Source of the DNA: a virus
Lineage: Duplodnaviria > Caudoviricetes
IMG/VR virus record: IMGVR_UViG_3300034061_004620
Direction: 5' to 3' (one strand)
Length of the DNA stretch: 64,000 bases
The notes below the pieces were generated by a model. That model made no database searches and was not told the origin of the DNA. It saw only the letters and a program-made list of their open reading frames with translations. Position 1 is the first letter of the stretch. Each line of letters begins with the position of its first letter. Position numbers and translations under genes: made by a program. Below, in pieces: positions 29,392 to 39,142 of the stretch.

Positions 29392-29733
29392 ATGAAGAAC
29401 ATTTTAGCTGCCATCTTACTGGCCACTATAGCTTTGGCAGCTACAGCTGAGCCGAGGCCACGAAAAATACAAATGATGTGTGGCAGCTTTGAAGATGTTG
29501 AAGCTACTATGGAAAAGTATGGTGAAAAGCTAATCATGGCTACTCAGTCACCAAATGAACAAACTGTTAATTTGGTGTATGCTAATTTTGAAACAGAAAC
29601 TACAAGTTGGTTTATTCATGATTTGCAAACCGACGAATATTGTATGGTAGGAGTTGGTAAACAAATTTATATACCAGACGATAGTGTGCTTAAAAAAGGC
29701 ATAGGAATTGGATTAAAAGCTGCTTACAAATAA
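29392..29733 (+). CDS. Secreted hypothetical protein
   Basis: Signal peptide ending ATA; two Cys. Confidence 0.7.
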   Translation: MKNILAAILLATIALAATAEPRPRKIQMMCGSFEDVEATMEKYGEKLIMATQSPNEQTVNLVYANFETETTSWFIHDLQTDEYCMVGVGKQIYIPDDSVLKKGIGIGLKAAYK

Positions 29734-29756
29734 ACCTGGAATTTCCAGGTTTTTTT
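29732..29756 (+). terminator. Intrinsic terminator
   Basis: AAACCTGG-AATTT-CCAGGTTT plus T-run. Confidence 0.85.
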
Positions 29757-29778
29757 GTGATTATAAAAGGAGAATGAT

Positions 29779-29853
29779 ATGAGTTGGTTCTCGCATAAAC
29801 CCCCAAAAAATCCCCCAACCCCAACCCCAGTAACACCACCGCATAGAATGTAA
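29779..29853 (+). CDS. 24-aa Pro-rich peptide (not in ORF track)
   Basis: MSWFSHKPPKNPPTPTPVTPPHRM*; SD AAAGGAG upstream. Confidence 0.5.
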   Translation: MSWFSHKPPKNPPTPTPVTPPHRM

Positions 29854-30004
29854 CATCTGTCCCTCTTGAACTTTTTACTTCAATCAAAATAAGTAATAAT
29901 AAGTTCGATTACTATTGGTCCATCAAAAAAAAACAAGAACAAGGATCAACGATGTTTAGCCCAATCTATAGGGTTATAATAGTATCACGTAAGGAGCGGG
30001 GGCA

Positions 30005-30775
30005 ATGGATCCGTTAACCCTCTTTGCCCTTGCTAATGGTGCTGTCCAAGCTGTCAAAAAAGGTTGTGCTCTGTACAAAGAAATACAGAGTGCTGCTGGC
30101 GACGTCAAAGGCATCATTGCAGACCTTGATGCTCAATTTGGCGAAAAGTTCAAAGACCGACGACCCACTGTAGCTGAAAAAAATCAGTTTATAGAAGAAA
30201 AAAATCGAATTATTGAACTTAGCAAAAAGCAACCCGATGACATATTTACTACCATTGGCGAAGAGTTAGGCACCTACTTTGAAAACTATGCTTATTGTAA
30301 AGCTATTTTTGAAGAAGAAGAAAAACATGCATTTGATGTATACACCGGCAAAGACAGTATTGGCAAACGGGCACTACAACGTGTTCTCATGCTCAGTAGA
30401 TTGGAGGCCATGCAAACAGAACTGCGTGAAATCATGGTCTATCAGTGCCCACCTGAATTGGGAGATCTCTATACCCGAACTGAAGCCATGATGAAACGCA
30501 TACAGGAAGAACAGTCTGTCGCTATAAAACTCAAAAGAGAACGAGACAAGGTGGCTGCACAAAGAAATGCCAGACGTATCAAAGCTATAAAAAAGAGAAT
30601 TACTGCATGGAGTCTGACATCAGTGGCAATTCTCTATCTGATTGCACTGGTATGGAGTGTAGTAGAAATACGTAAAACCAACCGTCCTGAGTTAGGCACC
30701 TGTTTGATACCAAAAGGGCAGTGGCCATACGATCATTATAATAATTTAAAATGGGTAGAGTGTGAACCAAAATAA
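30005..30775 (+). CDS. Helical protein with C-terminal TM
   Basis: MDPLTLFALA N-terminus, coiled coil, TM near C-terminus; SD AAGGAG. Confidence 0.75.
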   Translation: MDPLTLFALANGAVQAVKKGCALYKEIQSAAGDVKGIIADLDAQFGEKFKDRRPTVAEKNQFIEEKNRIIELSKKQPDDIFTTIGEELGTYFENYAYCKAIFEEEEKHAFDVYTGKDSIGKRALQRVLMLSRLEAMQTELREIMVYQCPPELGDLYTRTEAMMKRIQEEQSVAIKLKRERDKVAAQRNARRIKAIKKRITAWSLTSVAILYLIALVWSVVEIRKTNRPELGTCLIPKGQWPYDHYNNLKWVECEPK

Positions 30776-30951
30776 TGAGTAAATATGTAGCCAGTGACAA
30801 AACTAAGATTGATCTTATAACACGGATGTATCAGGACCATGGGTATACTGTAGATGAAATATGTTCAAGATTAAGGTACTCGGAAGAATTGGTACTACAT
30901 ATTATAAAAAAATGTAATTTACAACCGGGAAACAAATCCTGGCGCTATTGA
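30775..30951 (+). CDS. 58-aa possible HTH protein (not in ORF track)
   Basis: MSKYVASDKTKIDLITRMYQDHGYTVDEICSRLRYSEELVLHIIKK...; TAATG coupling. Confidence 0.5.
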   Translation: MSKYVASDKTKIDLITRMYQDHGYTVDEICSRLRYSEELVLHIIKKCNLQPGNKSWRY

Positions 30952-31025
30952 TATAATTCTTGTATGTTATTGGTTGTTATGTTAGCATAATAACTTAAAA
31001 GTTTACACATAATATTAAATACATT

Positions 31026-31181
31026 ATGATAGATTTGCTAAAATGGGGGTTAAGATTATTTTTCTGGGTCGCAGTTACAGTAACCATTAGGCAAGGTAAT
31101 TTGTTTGCTATGGGTATGTGTCTCACAGTATTCCTGATTATGGAACATTTCATTGAAGATTTAGAAAACAATCATCCCTAA
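31026..31181 (+). CDS. 51-aa 2-TM protein (not in ORF track)
   Basis: MIDLLKWGLRLFFWVAVTV...; TTAAATA 5 nt upstream; coupled to the next gene. Confidence 0.5.
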   Translation: MIDLLKWGLRLFFWVAVTVTIRQGNLFAMGMCLTVFLIMEHFIEDLENNHP

Positions 31182-31939
31182 TGTTTATAAAATTAATTCT
31201 ATCCGCAATCCTTTTGATTGCGAGCTATCCTGTTTTTTCTACGAATATCTTAGCTAAATCTTGGTTAATTGCCGATGGGGATGGTACAGTTTTAGAGTCA
31301 CAAAATATCGAAATTCAACAACCCATTGCCAGCATAACAAAATTGATGACCGCCATGGTGATTCTTGATGCGAACGAAAATTTACAACAGCCATTAAACA
31401 AAAAGTTTAGAGGGCTTACTGTCACCCGGGAGCAACTTATCAATCTTACAGTTATTAGATCGGACAATCAGGCTGCTCGAATGTTGTGCGAAGTGTATCA
31501 TAGAGGATATAAAACATGCATTGATGATATGAATTATAAGGCCCAAATATTAGGTATGATAGATACCAGATTTGAAGATAGTAGTGGCCTTGACAATAGA
31601 AATGTTAGTACTCCGAGAGATTTAATTAAATTACTTTTAGCAGCAGAAAAATATAGAGAAATAGTGCATGCAAGTAATCAGGCCGTCGGCGAACTGGTCA
31701 AAAAGAAAAAAAAGAAGCTGATAAAATATCGTTACTCAAATACTAATCCTTTGGTAGCAAAATACAATGTTATAGTTAGCAAGACAGGTTATGTACGTGC
31801 CAGTGGCGGATGTTTAGTTATGAGTGTTAGTATAAATGGAAAGAAAAAACTTTTTATAGTATTAAACAGTAATACTACCAGAACCCGAATACGTGACATG
31901 GAAACATTGATTATAGAAACACTACAAAAATCTAATTAG
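31181..31939 (+). CDS. D-alanyl-D-alanine carboxy/endopeptidase (peptidase S11)
   Basis: Signal peptide; ASITKLMT (SxxK), SDN (SxN), KTG triad. Confidence 0.92.
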   Translation: MFIKLILSAILLIASYPVFSTNILAKSWLIADGDGTVLESQNIEIQQPIASITKLMTAMVILDANENLQQPLNKKFRGLTVTREQLINLTVIRSDNQAARMLCEVYHRGYKTCIDDMNYKAQILGMIDTRFEDSSGLDNRNVSTPRDLIKLLLAAEKYREIVHASNQAVGELVKKKKKKLIKYRYSNTNPLVAKYNVIVSKTGYVRASGGCLVMSVSINGKKKLFIVLNSNTTRTRIRDMETLIIETLQKSN

Positions 31940-33167
31940 CTATGAAATTATAAATGTGTTCTAAGTCAAGATTGTCAACTGGCAACATTTTATGCTGAGA
32001 TAAATGTAAATTATATTGTTTCATGCATGAATCAAAATTGTCAATCAACTCTTTTATGATTATGTTTTTAAAATCTCCATAAAAATGATTAAAGTTATAT
32101 TCCAATATTTCCTGCATTTCCAAATGCATCTGAATTAGTTCATGCTTTGGTAATTTACAAAGCTTTTCAAGTTCGGCAACAATCATTGATATTCTTCGGT
32201 CATGGTCTCTTTCGTTGTCATAACTTTCGTCTATCCACCTGTCAAATGTTTTAAAACCATAACTTTTAATATAATTTAAGTTACCCGAAGACGAAACCAA
32301 AATAAATGGTCGTTTGGTTACTATTGGTTTAAAAATTTTTTCTGTGAGATGTAATTTATCCTCGTAAAAGATTGTTTCGGTTACCACGTTCCATAAAGAA
32401 TCATACATAAATTGTTCGTTTATTTTGGAACTTGCGTCGTTGTAGTTGATGTTATCTAATATTAAAGGAGCACTATCGGGATATAAGTATCTAAAAATAT
32501 GTTTTTTTGCATCACTACTTAACTTTGAATTAAAATTCGTTACTTCTTCTTTTACTAAATCTCGTGATAACAACGGGCAAGAAACATGGCCATATGGAAG
32601 TAAGTTTTTTTCCTTCAAATGTGATAGTAGATTTAGTCTGTAACTTCTATTATTTGTAATCAAGTGATTTAGGCAAATAAATACTTTATCAAAACTGTAG
32701 TGTGAAAAATTGAGATACTTGTAATCTTTAAACCAACTTAACGCCGCAAATCCGTGGAAGAAAAAATACCAGTCATAGATTTGCCATTTTTTGAGAAATT
32801 GTTTTTTATCGTCGCTTATTTCAGAATTGGCAAGAATCGTTATGTTACAGTCGTTTAAAAAAAATGAGTCTAAATTTTTTTCTAATAGAGTCCGTTGTGC
32901 GTTAGATTCTGAGAGCTTAGAATAGGTTATATAATGATCGCTATATTGTATAGTTTCCATATCAAATTTATTCAATGGTTCTTCGTGCCACCATATACAT
33001 TTTCCGTTTGATTTACCTAAACTTGCTGAAGAATATGGATTGGTAAAGAGTAGAGCATAATCTAATATTTTTATGGACCACCTTGGATTGAATCCCCAAG
33101 ACTCGATTAGTAAAGGATTTAAAAATAACTCATGTATTACATTAATAAATTTTTCAGCGGAGATCAT
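31932..33167 (-). CDS. Glycosyltransferase-like protein, paralogue 2 of 3
   Basis: VTET...LTEKIFKP...GFKTF...IDESYD. Confidence 0.55.
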   Translation of the reverse strand: MISAEKFINVIHELFLNPLLIESWGFNPRWSIKILDYALLFTNPYSSASLGKSNGKCIWWHEEPLNKFDMETIQYSDHYITYSKLSESNAQRTLLEKNLDSFFLNDCNITILANSEISDDKKQFLKKWQIYDWYFFFHGFAALSWFKDYKYLNFSHYSFDKVFICLNHLITNNRSYRLNLLSHLKEKNLLPYGHVSCPLLSRDLVKEEVTNFNSKLSSDAKKHIFRYLYPDSAPLILDNINYNDASSKINEQFMYDSLWNVVTETIFYEDKLHLTEKIFKPIVTKRPFILVSSSGNLNYIKSYGFKTFDRWIDESYDNERDHDRRISMIVAELEKLCKLPKHELIQMHLEMQEILEYNFNHFYGDFKNIIIKELIDNFDSCMKQYNLHLSQHKMLPVDNLDLEHIYNFIAN

Positions 33168-33172
33168 AAATT

Positions 33173-34399
33173 ATGAAAGTAGGTTTTATTGGTTTAGGTA
33201 AATTAGGATTGCTTTGTGCAGAAACTATAGCATTAAATTTTGATGTGACTGGCTATGATATTTACCCAAAACAAAGTGATAAAATAAAAATTTCTGATAA
33301 TCTTAGAGGGGCAGTTGTAGATAAGGACATTATATTTGTTGCGGTACAAACTCCGCACGATCCAGATTATGACGGATCCAAGCCCATAACGCATTTACCC
33401 AATAAAGATTTTGATTATACTATTGTTAAAAATGTTCTGAAAGAAATTGATGTTTGGGCACAACCTGACCAATTGGTTGTTCTTATTTCTACGGTGTTAC
33501 CAGGTACAGTTCGTCGAGAATTGAGAGATTGTATTACTATACCTCGTTTTATTTATAATCCGTACCTAATTGCAATGGGATCTGTAGAGTGGGATATGGT
33601 CAATCCTGAAATGGTAATTATTGGTACCGAGGATGGCAGTGAAACTGGTGATGCTAAACAACTTATAGATTTTTATCGTCCCCTTATGCAAAACGATCCA
33701 CGCTATGTAGTAGGCACATGGGACGAAGCAGAAAGTATAAAAATATTTTATAATACATTTATCAGTACCAAAGTTGGATTAGTTAATATGATTCAAGACG
33801 TTGCAATGGCAAATGGTAATATCAATGTTGATGTTGTAACTGATGCACTTGCCAGTAGCACTATAAGAATTATTAGTAAAAAATATATGACAGCTGGTAT
33901 GGGTGATGCTGGCCCTTGTCATCCGAGAGATAATATAGCATTACGTTGGTTAGCCGAAAAGCTTAATCTTGGATATGATATCTTTGATACTGTAATGCAT
34001 GCCAGAGAACAACAAGCACGTAACATTGCAAAGTATTTAGGCAAAATACAAAGAAAGTACAATTTGCCAATTTTTATTATGGGTAAGGCATATAAACCTG
34101 ATGTTGATTTTGTTGATGGCAGTTACAGTTTACTAATTGGGCATTATCTCGAGTCTTCACAAGTCAAGTTTTATTATGTGGATCCTCTTACTGGTGATGA
34201 TCCACCTTTTAGTGGAATACCGGTAATTGCATTTCTCGCACACAATAGAAATATCACATACGGATATACAGGTGAGCAATCAGAACAAGAATTATATGTA
34301 GATCTTGAACCTGGAAGTATCATAATTGATCCCTGGAGACAGTACAAAACAAATAAGGACTATCAAGTAATATACTATGGTAACACACGTATCGTTTAA
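33173..34399 (+). CDS. UDP-glucose/GDP-mannose dehydrogenase family protein
   Basis: GFIGLGKLG, STVLPGT, AESIKIFYN, GMGDAGPCHPRD, GKAYKP. Confidence 0.9.
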   Translation: MKVGFIGLGKLGLLCAETIALNFDVTGYDIYPKQSDKIKISDNLRGAVVDKDIIFVAVQTPHDPDYDGSKPITHLPNKDFDYTIVKNVLKEIDVWAQPDQLVVLISTVLPGTVRRELRDCITIPRFIYNPYLIAMGSVEWDMVNPEMVIIGTEDGSETGDAKQLIDFYRPLMQNDPRYVVGTWDEAESIKIFYNTFISTKVGLVNMIQDVAMANGNINVDVVTDALASSTIRIISKKYMTAGMGDAGPCHPRDNIALRWLAEKLNLGYDIFDTVMHAREQQARNIAKYLGKIQRKYNLPIFIMGKAYKPDVDFVDGSYSLLIGHYLESSQVKFYYVDPLTGDDPPFSGIPVIAFLAHNRNITYGYTGEQSEQELYVDLEPGSIIIDPWRQYKTNKDYQVIYYGNTRIV

Positions 34400-34892
34400 T
34401 ATTGCTAAATTTTGGGATGATGAATTCAAGCATCTTGATTACGTAAAAGAAAATTTCAATGATCCTGCCGCTCTAATAGAATGGGAAGATTCGGGATTTC
34501 GTGGACCGTTTGGTGGAATGATGTGTGACATGCGTAATACGCAGCCAACATGGAATCAGAAAATTATTGATTTTTTTACCACTTATGAAAAATGGAAAAA
34601 CATTGGAACATCATATTATATGATGACTCCGGGAAGTAGTTTACCTCGTCATGTTGACACCTATAAAAAATATATTGAATTGTACAATTTGCAGGGCAAA
34701 GAACATCTCATACGTAGAGCAATAGTTTTTTTAGAGGATCGCAAACCTGGACACTTTGCTGAATGTGAGGATATTGGCTATGCCAATTGGTCAGCAGGAT
34801 TTACTTTGGTGTGGAACTGGAACAGCCCGCACGGAGCTTACAATATGGGTTTTGATCCAAGATACACGTTACAGATTACAGGGCATCTATGA
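34377..34892 (+). CDS. 2OG-Fe(II)/cupin-type oxygenase
   Basis: LPRHVD (HxD), distal HGAYN, RYTLQITG. Confidence 0.7.
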   Translation: MVTHVSFNIAKFWDDEFKHLDYVKENFNDPAALIEWEDSGFRGPFGGMMCDMRNTQPTWNQKIIDFFTTYEKWKNIGTSYYMMTPGSSLPRHVDTYKKYIELYNLQGKEHLIRRAIVFLEDRKPGHFAECEDIGYANWSAGFTLVWNWNSPHGAYNMGFDPRYTLQITGHL

Positions 34893-35815
34893 TATATTCA
34901 GTTAATGAATGGGATCCAATCAAGGAAATTGTAGTTGGCAGAGCAGACTATGCCAATTGGCCCGGCAATGATCCGGTATTTTCTAAAGAGTCGAATAAGA
35001 CCACTTGGAAGGCAACTCCTGTACCAAATGGTCCTGTACCGGACTGGATCATTGACGAAGCCAACCAAGATCTTGACATATTAGCGAACACACTCGAACA
35101 GTATGGTGCAGTAGTTCACAGACCAAAGGCAATTAACTATCAAGCACGCAGTGGCATGTATGGATACTGTCCACGAGATAGACTGTTTATTTACGGTAGC
35201 ACTATAGTTGATCCTGCAATGATGTATCCCTGCAGAGACATGGAAATAGAAGCATTAGACGATGTGGTTTACAAGGCAGATACAGTATATCGAATGCCGC
35301 GCAATGATAGATATGTAATGGATGCAGCAAATGCATTGAGACTAAATGATAAAATTTTATACTTAGAAAGTGTAAGTGGCAATTACCAAGCAGCACATTG
35401 GTTGATGAGAAAGTTTCCTGAAGTAAAATTTGAAATTTGTAATTTTTATTCTGGAGTACACATTGACAGTACAATCGTGCCACTACGCGAAGGTTTAGTA
35501 TTAGTAAACGCCAGTAGAGTAAATGCTGAAGATAATTTACCCAACATATTTAATTCGTGGGATGTTATATGGGCAACGGAGGACGACATTGTCGAACAGG
35601 ATTTTTATCAATATCCTTATGCCAGCAAATGGATAGCCTTGAATATGTTGGTAGTTGATCCAAACACAGTCATAGTAGACAAACACCAGGCCAAATTGAT
35701 AAAAATATTAGAAAAACGTAAATTTACTGTTATTCCGTTAGAACTGCGTCATAGTAGGACGTTAGGCGGTGGGTTTCACTGTGTTACCTTGGATCTAATA
35801 AGACAAACTCAATAA
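34889..35815 (+). CDS. Amidinotransferase (Gly/inosamine-phosphate amidinotransferase family)
   Basis: NEWDPIKEIVVG, CPRD, HID, GGGFHC. Confidence 0.9.
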   Translation: MIYSVNEWDPIKEIVVGRADYANWPGNDPVFSKESNKTTWKATPVPNGPVPDWIIDEANQDLDILANTLEQYGAVVHRPKAINYQARSGMYGYCPRDRLFIYGSTIVDPAMMYPCRDMEIEALDDVVYKADTVYRMPRNDRYVMDAANALRLNDKILYLESVSGNYQAAHWLMRKFPEVKFEICNFYSGVHIDSTIVPLREGLVLVNASRVNAEDNLPNIFNSWDVIWATEDDIVEQDFYQYPYASKWIALNMLVVDPNTVIVDKHQAKLIKILEKRKFTVIPLELRHSRTLGGGFHCVTLDLIRQTQ

Positions 35816-35842
35816 ATAACTACATAATAATAAAAGGTTATC

Positions 35843-36583
35843 ATGAGTTTTGAAAGTTATACGGATTGTGTATTCCGGGCGTTTGACCTGCACCAAAAAC
35901 AATTAGACATAATAAAACGTAAAAAAGAAATTTTGGACGAAGTGTCAAGGTTTCATAATTTCGCGCCAACAAGCATATTATTTGTAGGATTCAGCCCTGC
36001 TATCTTGGCGGCAACATCCAAAGATATATTTGTTACAAGGATAAGCAAAGAATCACGGAATTTACTTGATTCTTATAATGTCAAGTATTTGTATATTTCA
36101 GATGATAACTTACTCGCTTACCATAAAAAGTTTGATGTAGTTGTTGCGCTTGATGAATATTTTACCTATGCAGAATCTGACAATCAACAACGTGACATGG
36201 TGTCGGAAATTTGTAACCTGGCCAAGGAATATGTGATAACTACTTGTAAGGATTATAAAAATCAAGAATTCAAAGATAGAGAATTTTCGGTACCTGCCTT
36301 GGTCCGAGGAAATAAAAATAATAACATATATTTAGAATTTCATGACTACGACTTGCAGGATCGAAATAACTGGATCTCAATGATTTATGAAATAAAAAAT
36401 GATGTGTTAAACAAAGTAGGGCCTTTTTTGAGGCGCACCATGTACTTCAAGCAATTGGCCAAATTTTCACATGACGCAGGAGCAGTTGGATTTAGTGTAC
36501 ACAAAAACTCAATGTATAAAAGTTTAATCAAAAAAAATTACGAACATGTAATTAGTATTCGATTTGATAATAATGGATCTTAA
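35843..36583 (+). CDS. Possible degenerate SAM-dependent methyltransferase fold
   Basis: ILFVGF (motif I-like) and FDVVVAL (motif IV-like); no canonical GxGxG. Confidence 0.4.
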   Translation: MSFESYTDCVFRAFDLHQKQLDIIKRKKEILDEVSRFHNFAPTSILFVGFSPAILAATSKDIFVTRISKESRNLLDSYNVKYLYISDDNLLAYHKKFDVVVALDEYFTYAESDNQQRDMVSEICNLAKEYVITTCKDYKNQEFKDREFSVPALVRGNKNNNIYLEFHDYDLQDRNNWISMIYEIKNDVLNKVGPFLRRTMYFKQLAKFSHDAGAVGFSVHKNSMYKSLIKKNYEHVISIRFDNNGS

Positions 36584-37832
36584 CGAACATATAGGAAAAA
36601 TTGTAGAAGGTTTACTTGATGAAATATCAGCAAACGTACTTGTAAGAGTGGATTCGCTGATATCTGCAACTATTTCTGACAGACTACAACATTATAACTA
36701 CGAAGCACATATTCAGGCAGCAGCCACAGAGGCTCTTGACCGCAAAGCATCGGAATATACCATTGATTCCAAACGATTAGAAAAACGTATAGCAGACCGT
36801 ATAGAGTTGGTGCTGCAAGATACTCAATCAACTACGACCGACTTAATTAACACTCAAATTGCTCAAAAAGTAGCCGCTGTAAATTTTAATCAAATGTTTG
36901 TTGATGCCATGAGTGGTCTTATTGCAGATAGATTACAAGAGTTTACATTTCCAGAACAAAGTATTAATGCCACCGCTATTCAATTTGATAATTTTACTCT
37001 CTCTGGTGATAACATACGCGGCGGTTTGATTGAAGATTTTAGCAGCACTGGTATAGATGATCGAGCAACAGGAGTTGCTATTACTGTGCTCGACAATGCC
37101 ACAGTTATAGAAAACAACTTGTATACTAAGGATTTAACCGTAGAGGGCACAGCAGTCATCAGCGGTAATCTCAGTATTACTGGAACTATGGATAAAGAAA
37201 CAAACTTTTTCCAAGACTTAGTACGAAGCACTGCTTCGTCCACGCTATCTACTATCAATTCCAACTTATTCGATAACTACAGTTCGCTGATATTTAACAA
37301 AATCAAAAACGAAGGTATCAATCTCAGTAAGATCCTATTAAATGATAGTGAAGTTATCACTGACAATGAGTTAGGCCCAACCATAATAAACAGTAACTTG
37401 CAACGACTGGGCTTGATAAAAGAACTACAGGTGAGTGGTGAAACACTACTGGCCGAAACACTGTATGTAACGCCAAAAAGAGTCGGCATCAACACTATTG
37501 AACCAAGTGGTGCACTTTCTATATGGGACCAAGAAGTTGAAATAGTGGCTGCAAAAAAAGCAGCTGATACTGCCAGTTTTGGTACACCAAGACAACAAAG
37601 AATGGTGTTGACATCAAATAACAAAGAAAATATAGTGTTAGAACCAAATGGATCTACTGTTATAAACGACCTACGTATAGGCACAATGAGATTTACTACA
37701 GCATCACAACCTCCAAATTATGTGAGCGAGCCAGGACATGTGGTATGGAATACCAATCCCAGTTTGGGCGGACCCATGGGGTGGATTTGTTTGGGTGCAG
37801 CCAATTGGGCCAACTTTGGCATCATAGATTAA
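36573..37832 (+). CDS. Putative tail-fibre/virion protein
   Basis: Helical N-terminus, beta-rich body, C-terminal GWIC..A.W..FG motif. Confidence 0.55.
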   Translation: MDLNEHIGKIVEGLLDEISANVLVRVDSLISATISDRLQHYNYEAHIQAAATEALDRKASEYTIDSKRLEKRIADRIELVLQDTQSTTTDLINTQIAQKVAAVNFNQMFVDAMSGLIADRLQEFTFPEQSINATAIQFDNFTLSGDNIRGGLIEDFSSTGIDDRATGVAITVLDNATVIENNLYTKDLTVEGTAVISGNLSITGTMDKETNFFQDLVRSTASSTLSTINSNLFDNYSSLIFNKIKNEGINLSKILLNDSEVITDNELGPTIINSNLQRLGLIKELQVSGETLLAETLYVTPKRVGINTIEPSGALSIWDQEVEIVAAKKAADTASFGTPRQQRMVLTSNNKENIVLEPNGSTVINDLRIGTMRFTTASQPPNYVSEPGHVVWNTNPSLGGPMGWICLGAANWANFGIID

Positions 37833-39142
37833 TGTTCGAAAAAACTTTCTGTTCAAGCCCGTGGTTTCACGTTAGGTTAAGCTACGATGGCGGATTTGAA
37901 TCTTGCCGATGGGCCAAGAATCCACAAAGACTCTACAATTTTAAAAACACAACTATTATGCAGTATTATAATAGCGACCAAATGCAACAGTTACGACAAC
38001 AGTTACTTGATGGTGAAAAACCTTTGCATTGTGACACCTGTTATTACGAAGAATCTTTTGGCAAATTAAATGGTAGAATTAGGCAGTTGAACAAGAGTGC
38101 TGTAGATGTCAATAACTTTGATTTAACTTTACGTAGTAGTCCGCATTACAATAATTTTAAATACAGTTTAGATAATAATGGCCTGGCTAATTTAGAACCA
38201 GTAGACTTACAAATTGAACTGGGGAACAAATGTAATAGCGCATGTATCATGTGTAATCCGGAGGCCAGCAGTCGTCTTGAACCGGATTACAAAAAACTTC
38301 ATAAAATTAATGCGGAGCTTTTTGCACAGCCAGCCACTTATACTTCATGGACACGAGACCACAACAACGTCAAACGTTTTGTTGAACAAATATCAAGTAT
38401 TAAAAATCTACGTTATGTACATTTTTTAGGTGGCGAAACACTGTACGAAGAAGCGTTTTACACCATATGTGATAGACTAATAGAATCAGGGAAATCAAAA
38501 AATATCATTATAGGAACAACCACCAATGGTACAATTTACAATGACAATATCAAAAAATACGTACAGAATTTTAAACAATTTCATCTTGGGATAAGCATAG
38601 AATCAGTAACTGATCTGAACGACTACATAAGATGGCCAGGAAAAATTGATAGTATATTGCCAAACATAGATAAATTTTTACAACTTCGTGACAGTAATCC
38701 TGAACTGTTTATTTCTTTACGTATCACTCCAAACGTGTTTACTATTTCGGAGATTGATAAATTGTTTACTTACATGATAGAAAATAAAGTAATAGCAGAA
38801 AGCTGTAATATTTTGCATAAACCAGATTGCTTGCGTATTGAATTAATTCCGGATGATATAAGGAAAGAAATAGTAACCAAAATTCAAGGCTTAATTGATT
38901 ATTATGAATTGGATAAACAGGATTTGGTGAATATACGTAGAAGTGATACAATCAATCAAGTAATTGCAAACGTCGTTCTTGATTATTATCATTTTTTATG
39001 CAATTACGAAACTCCTATTGATGTAGAGCAGTCAAGATATCAGCTGATTGATTTTGTTAAAGCATTTGAATCAATTAGGAATAATTCAATTTTAAATCAT
39101 GTACCAAGATATGAAAAATTTCTTAGACTTTATGGCTATTGA
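37832..39142 (+). CDS. Radical SAM protein with N-terminal SPASM/twitch-like Cys cluster
   Basis: KCNSACIMC (CxxxCxxC), GGE, N-terminal FC...CR...CDTC; start moved to the TAATG overlap. Confidence 0.88.
   Translation: MFEKTFCSSPWFHVRLSYDGGFESCRWAKNPQRLYNFKNTTIMQYYNSDQMQQLRQQLLDGEKPLHCDTCYYEESFGKLNGRIRQLNKSAVDVNNFDLTLRSSPHYNNFKYSLDNNGLANLEPVDLQIELGNKCNSACIMCNPEASSRLEPDYKKLHKINAELFAQPATYTSWTRDHNNVKRFVEQISSIKNLRYVHFLGGETLYEEAFYTICDRLIESGKSKNIIIGTTTNGTIYNDNIKKYVQNFKQFHLGISIESVTDLNDYIRWPGKIDSILPNIDKFLQLRDSNPELFISLRITPNVFTISEIDKLFTYMIENKVIAESCNILHKPDCLRIELIPDDIRKEIVTKIQGLIDYYELDKQDLVNIRRSDTINQVIANVVLDYYHFLCNYETPIDVEQSRYQLIDFVKAFESIRNNSILNHVPRYEKFLRLYGY

Noticed and set aside
29847-30014. Start-less frame (VTSVPLELF...YYWSIKKK) possibly reached by -1 frameshift at C CCA AAA in the Pro-rich mini-ORF
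   Set aside because: The -1 frame hits TAG at 29844-46 before this frame opens; at most a gene remnant
34889-36583. Complete creatine pathway (AGAT plus GAMT)
   Set aside because: The downstream gene lacks a clear SAM-binding glycine motif and shows no recognisable GAMT similarity
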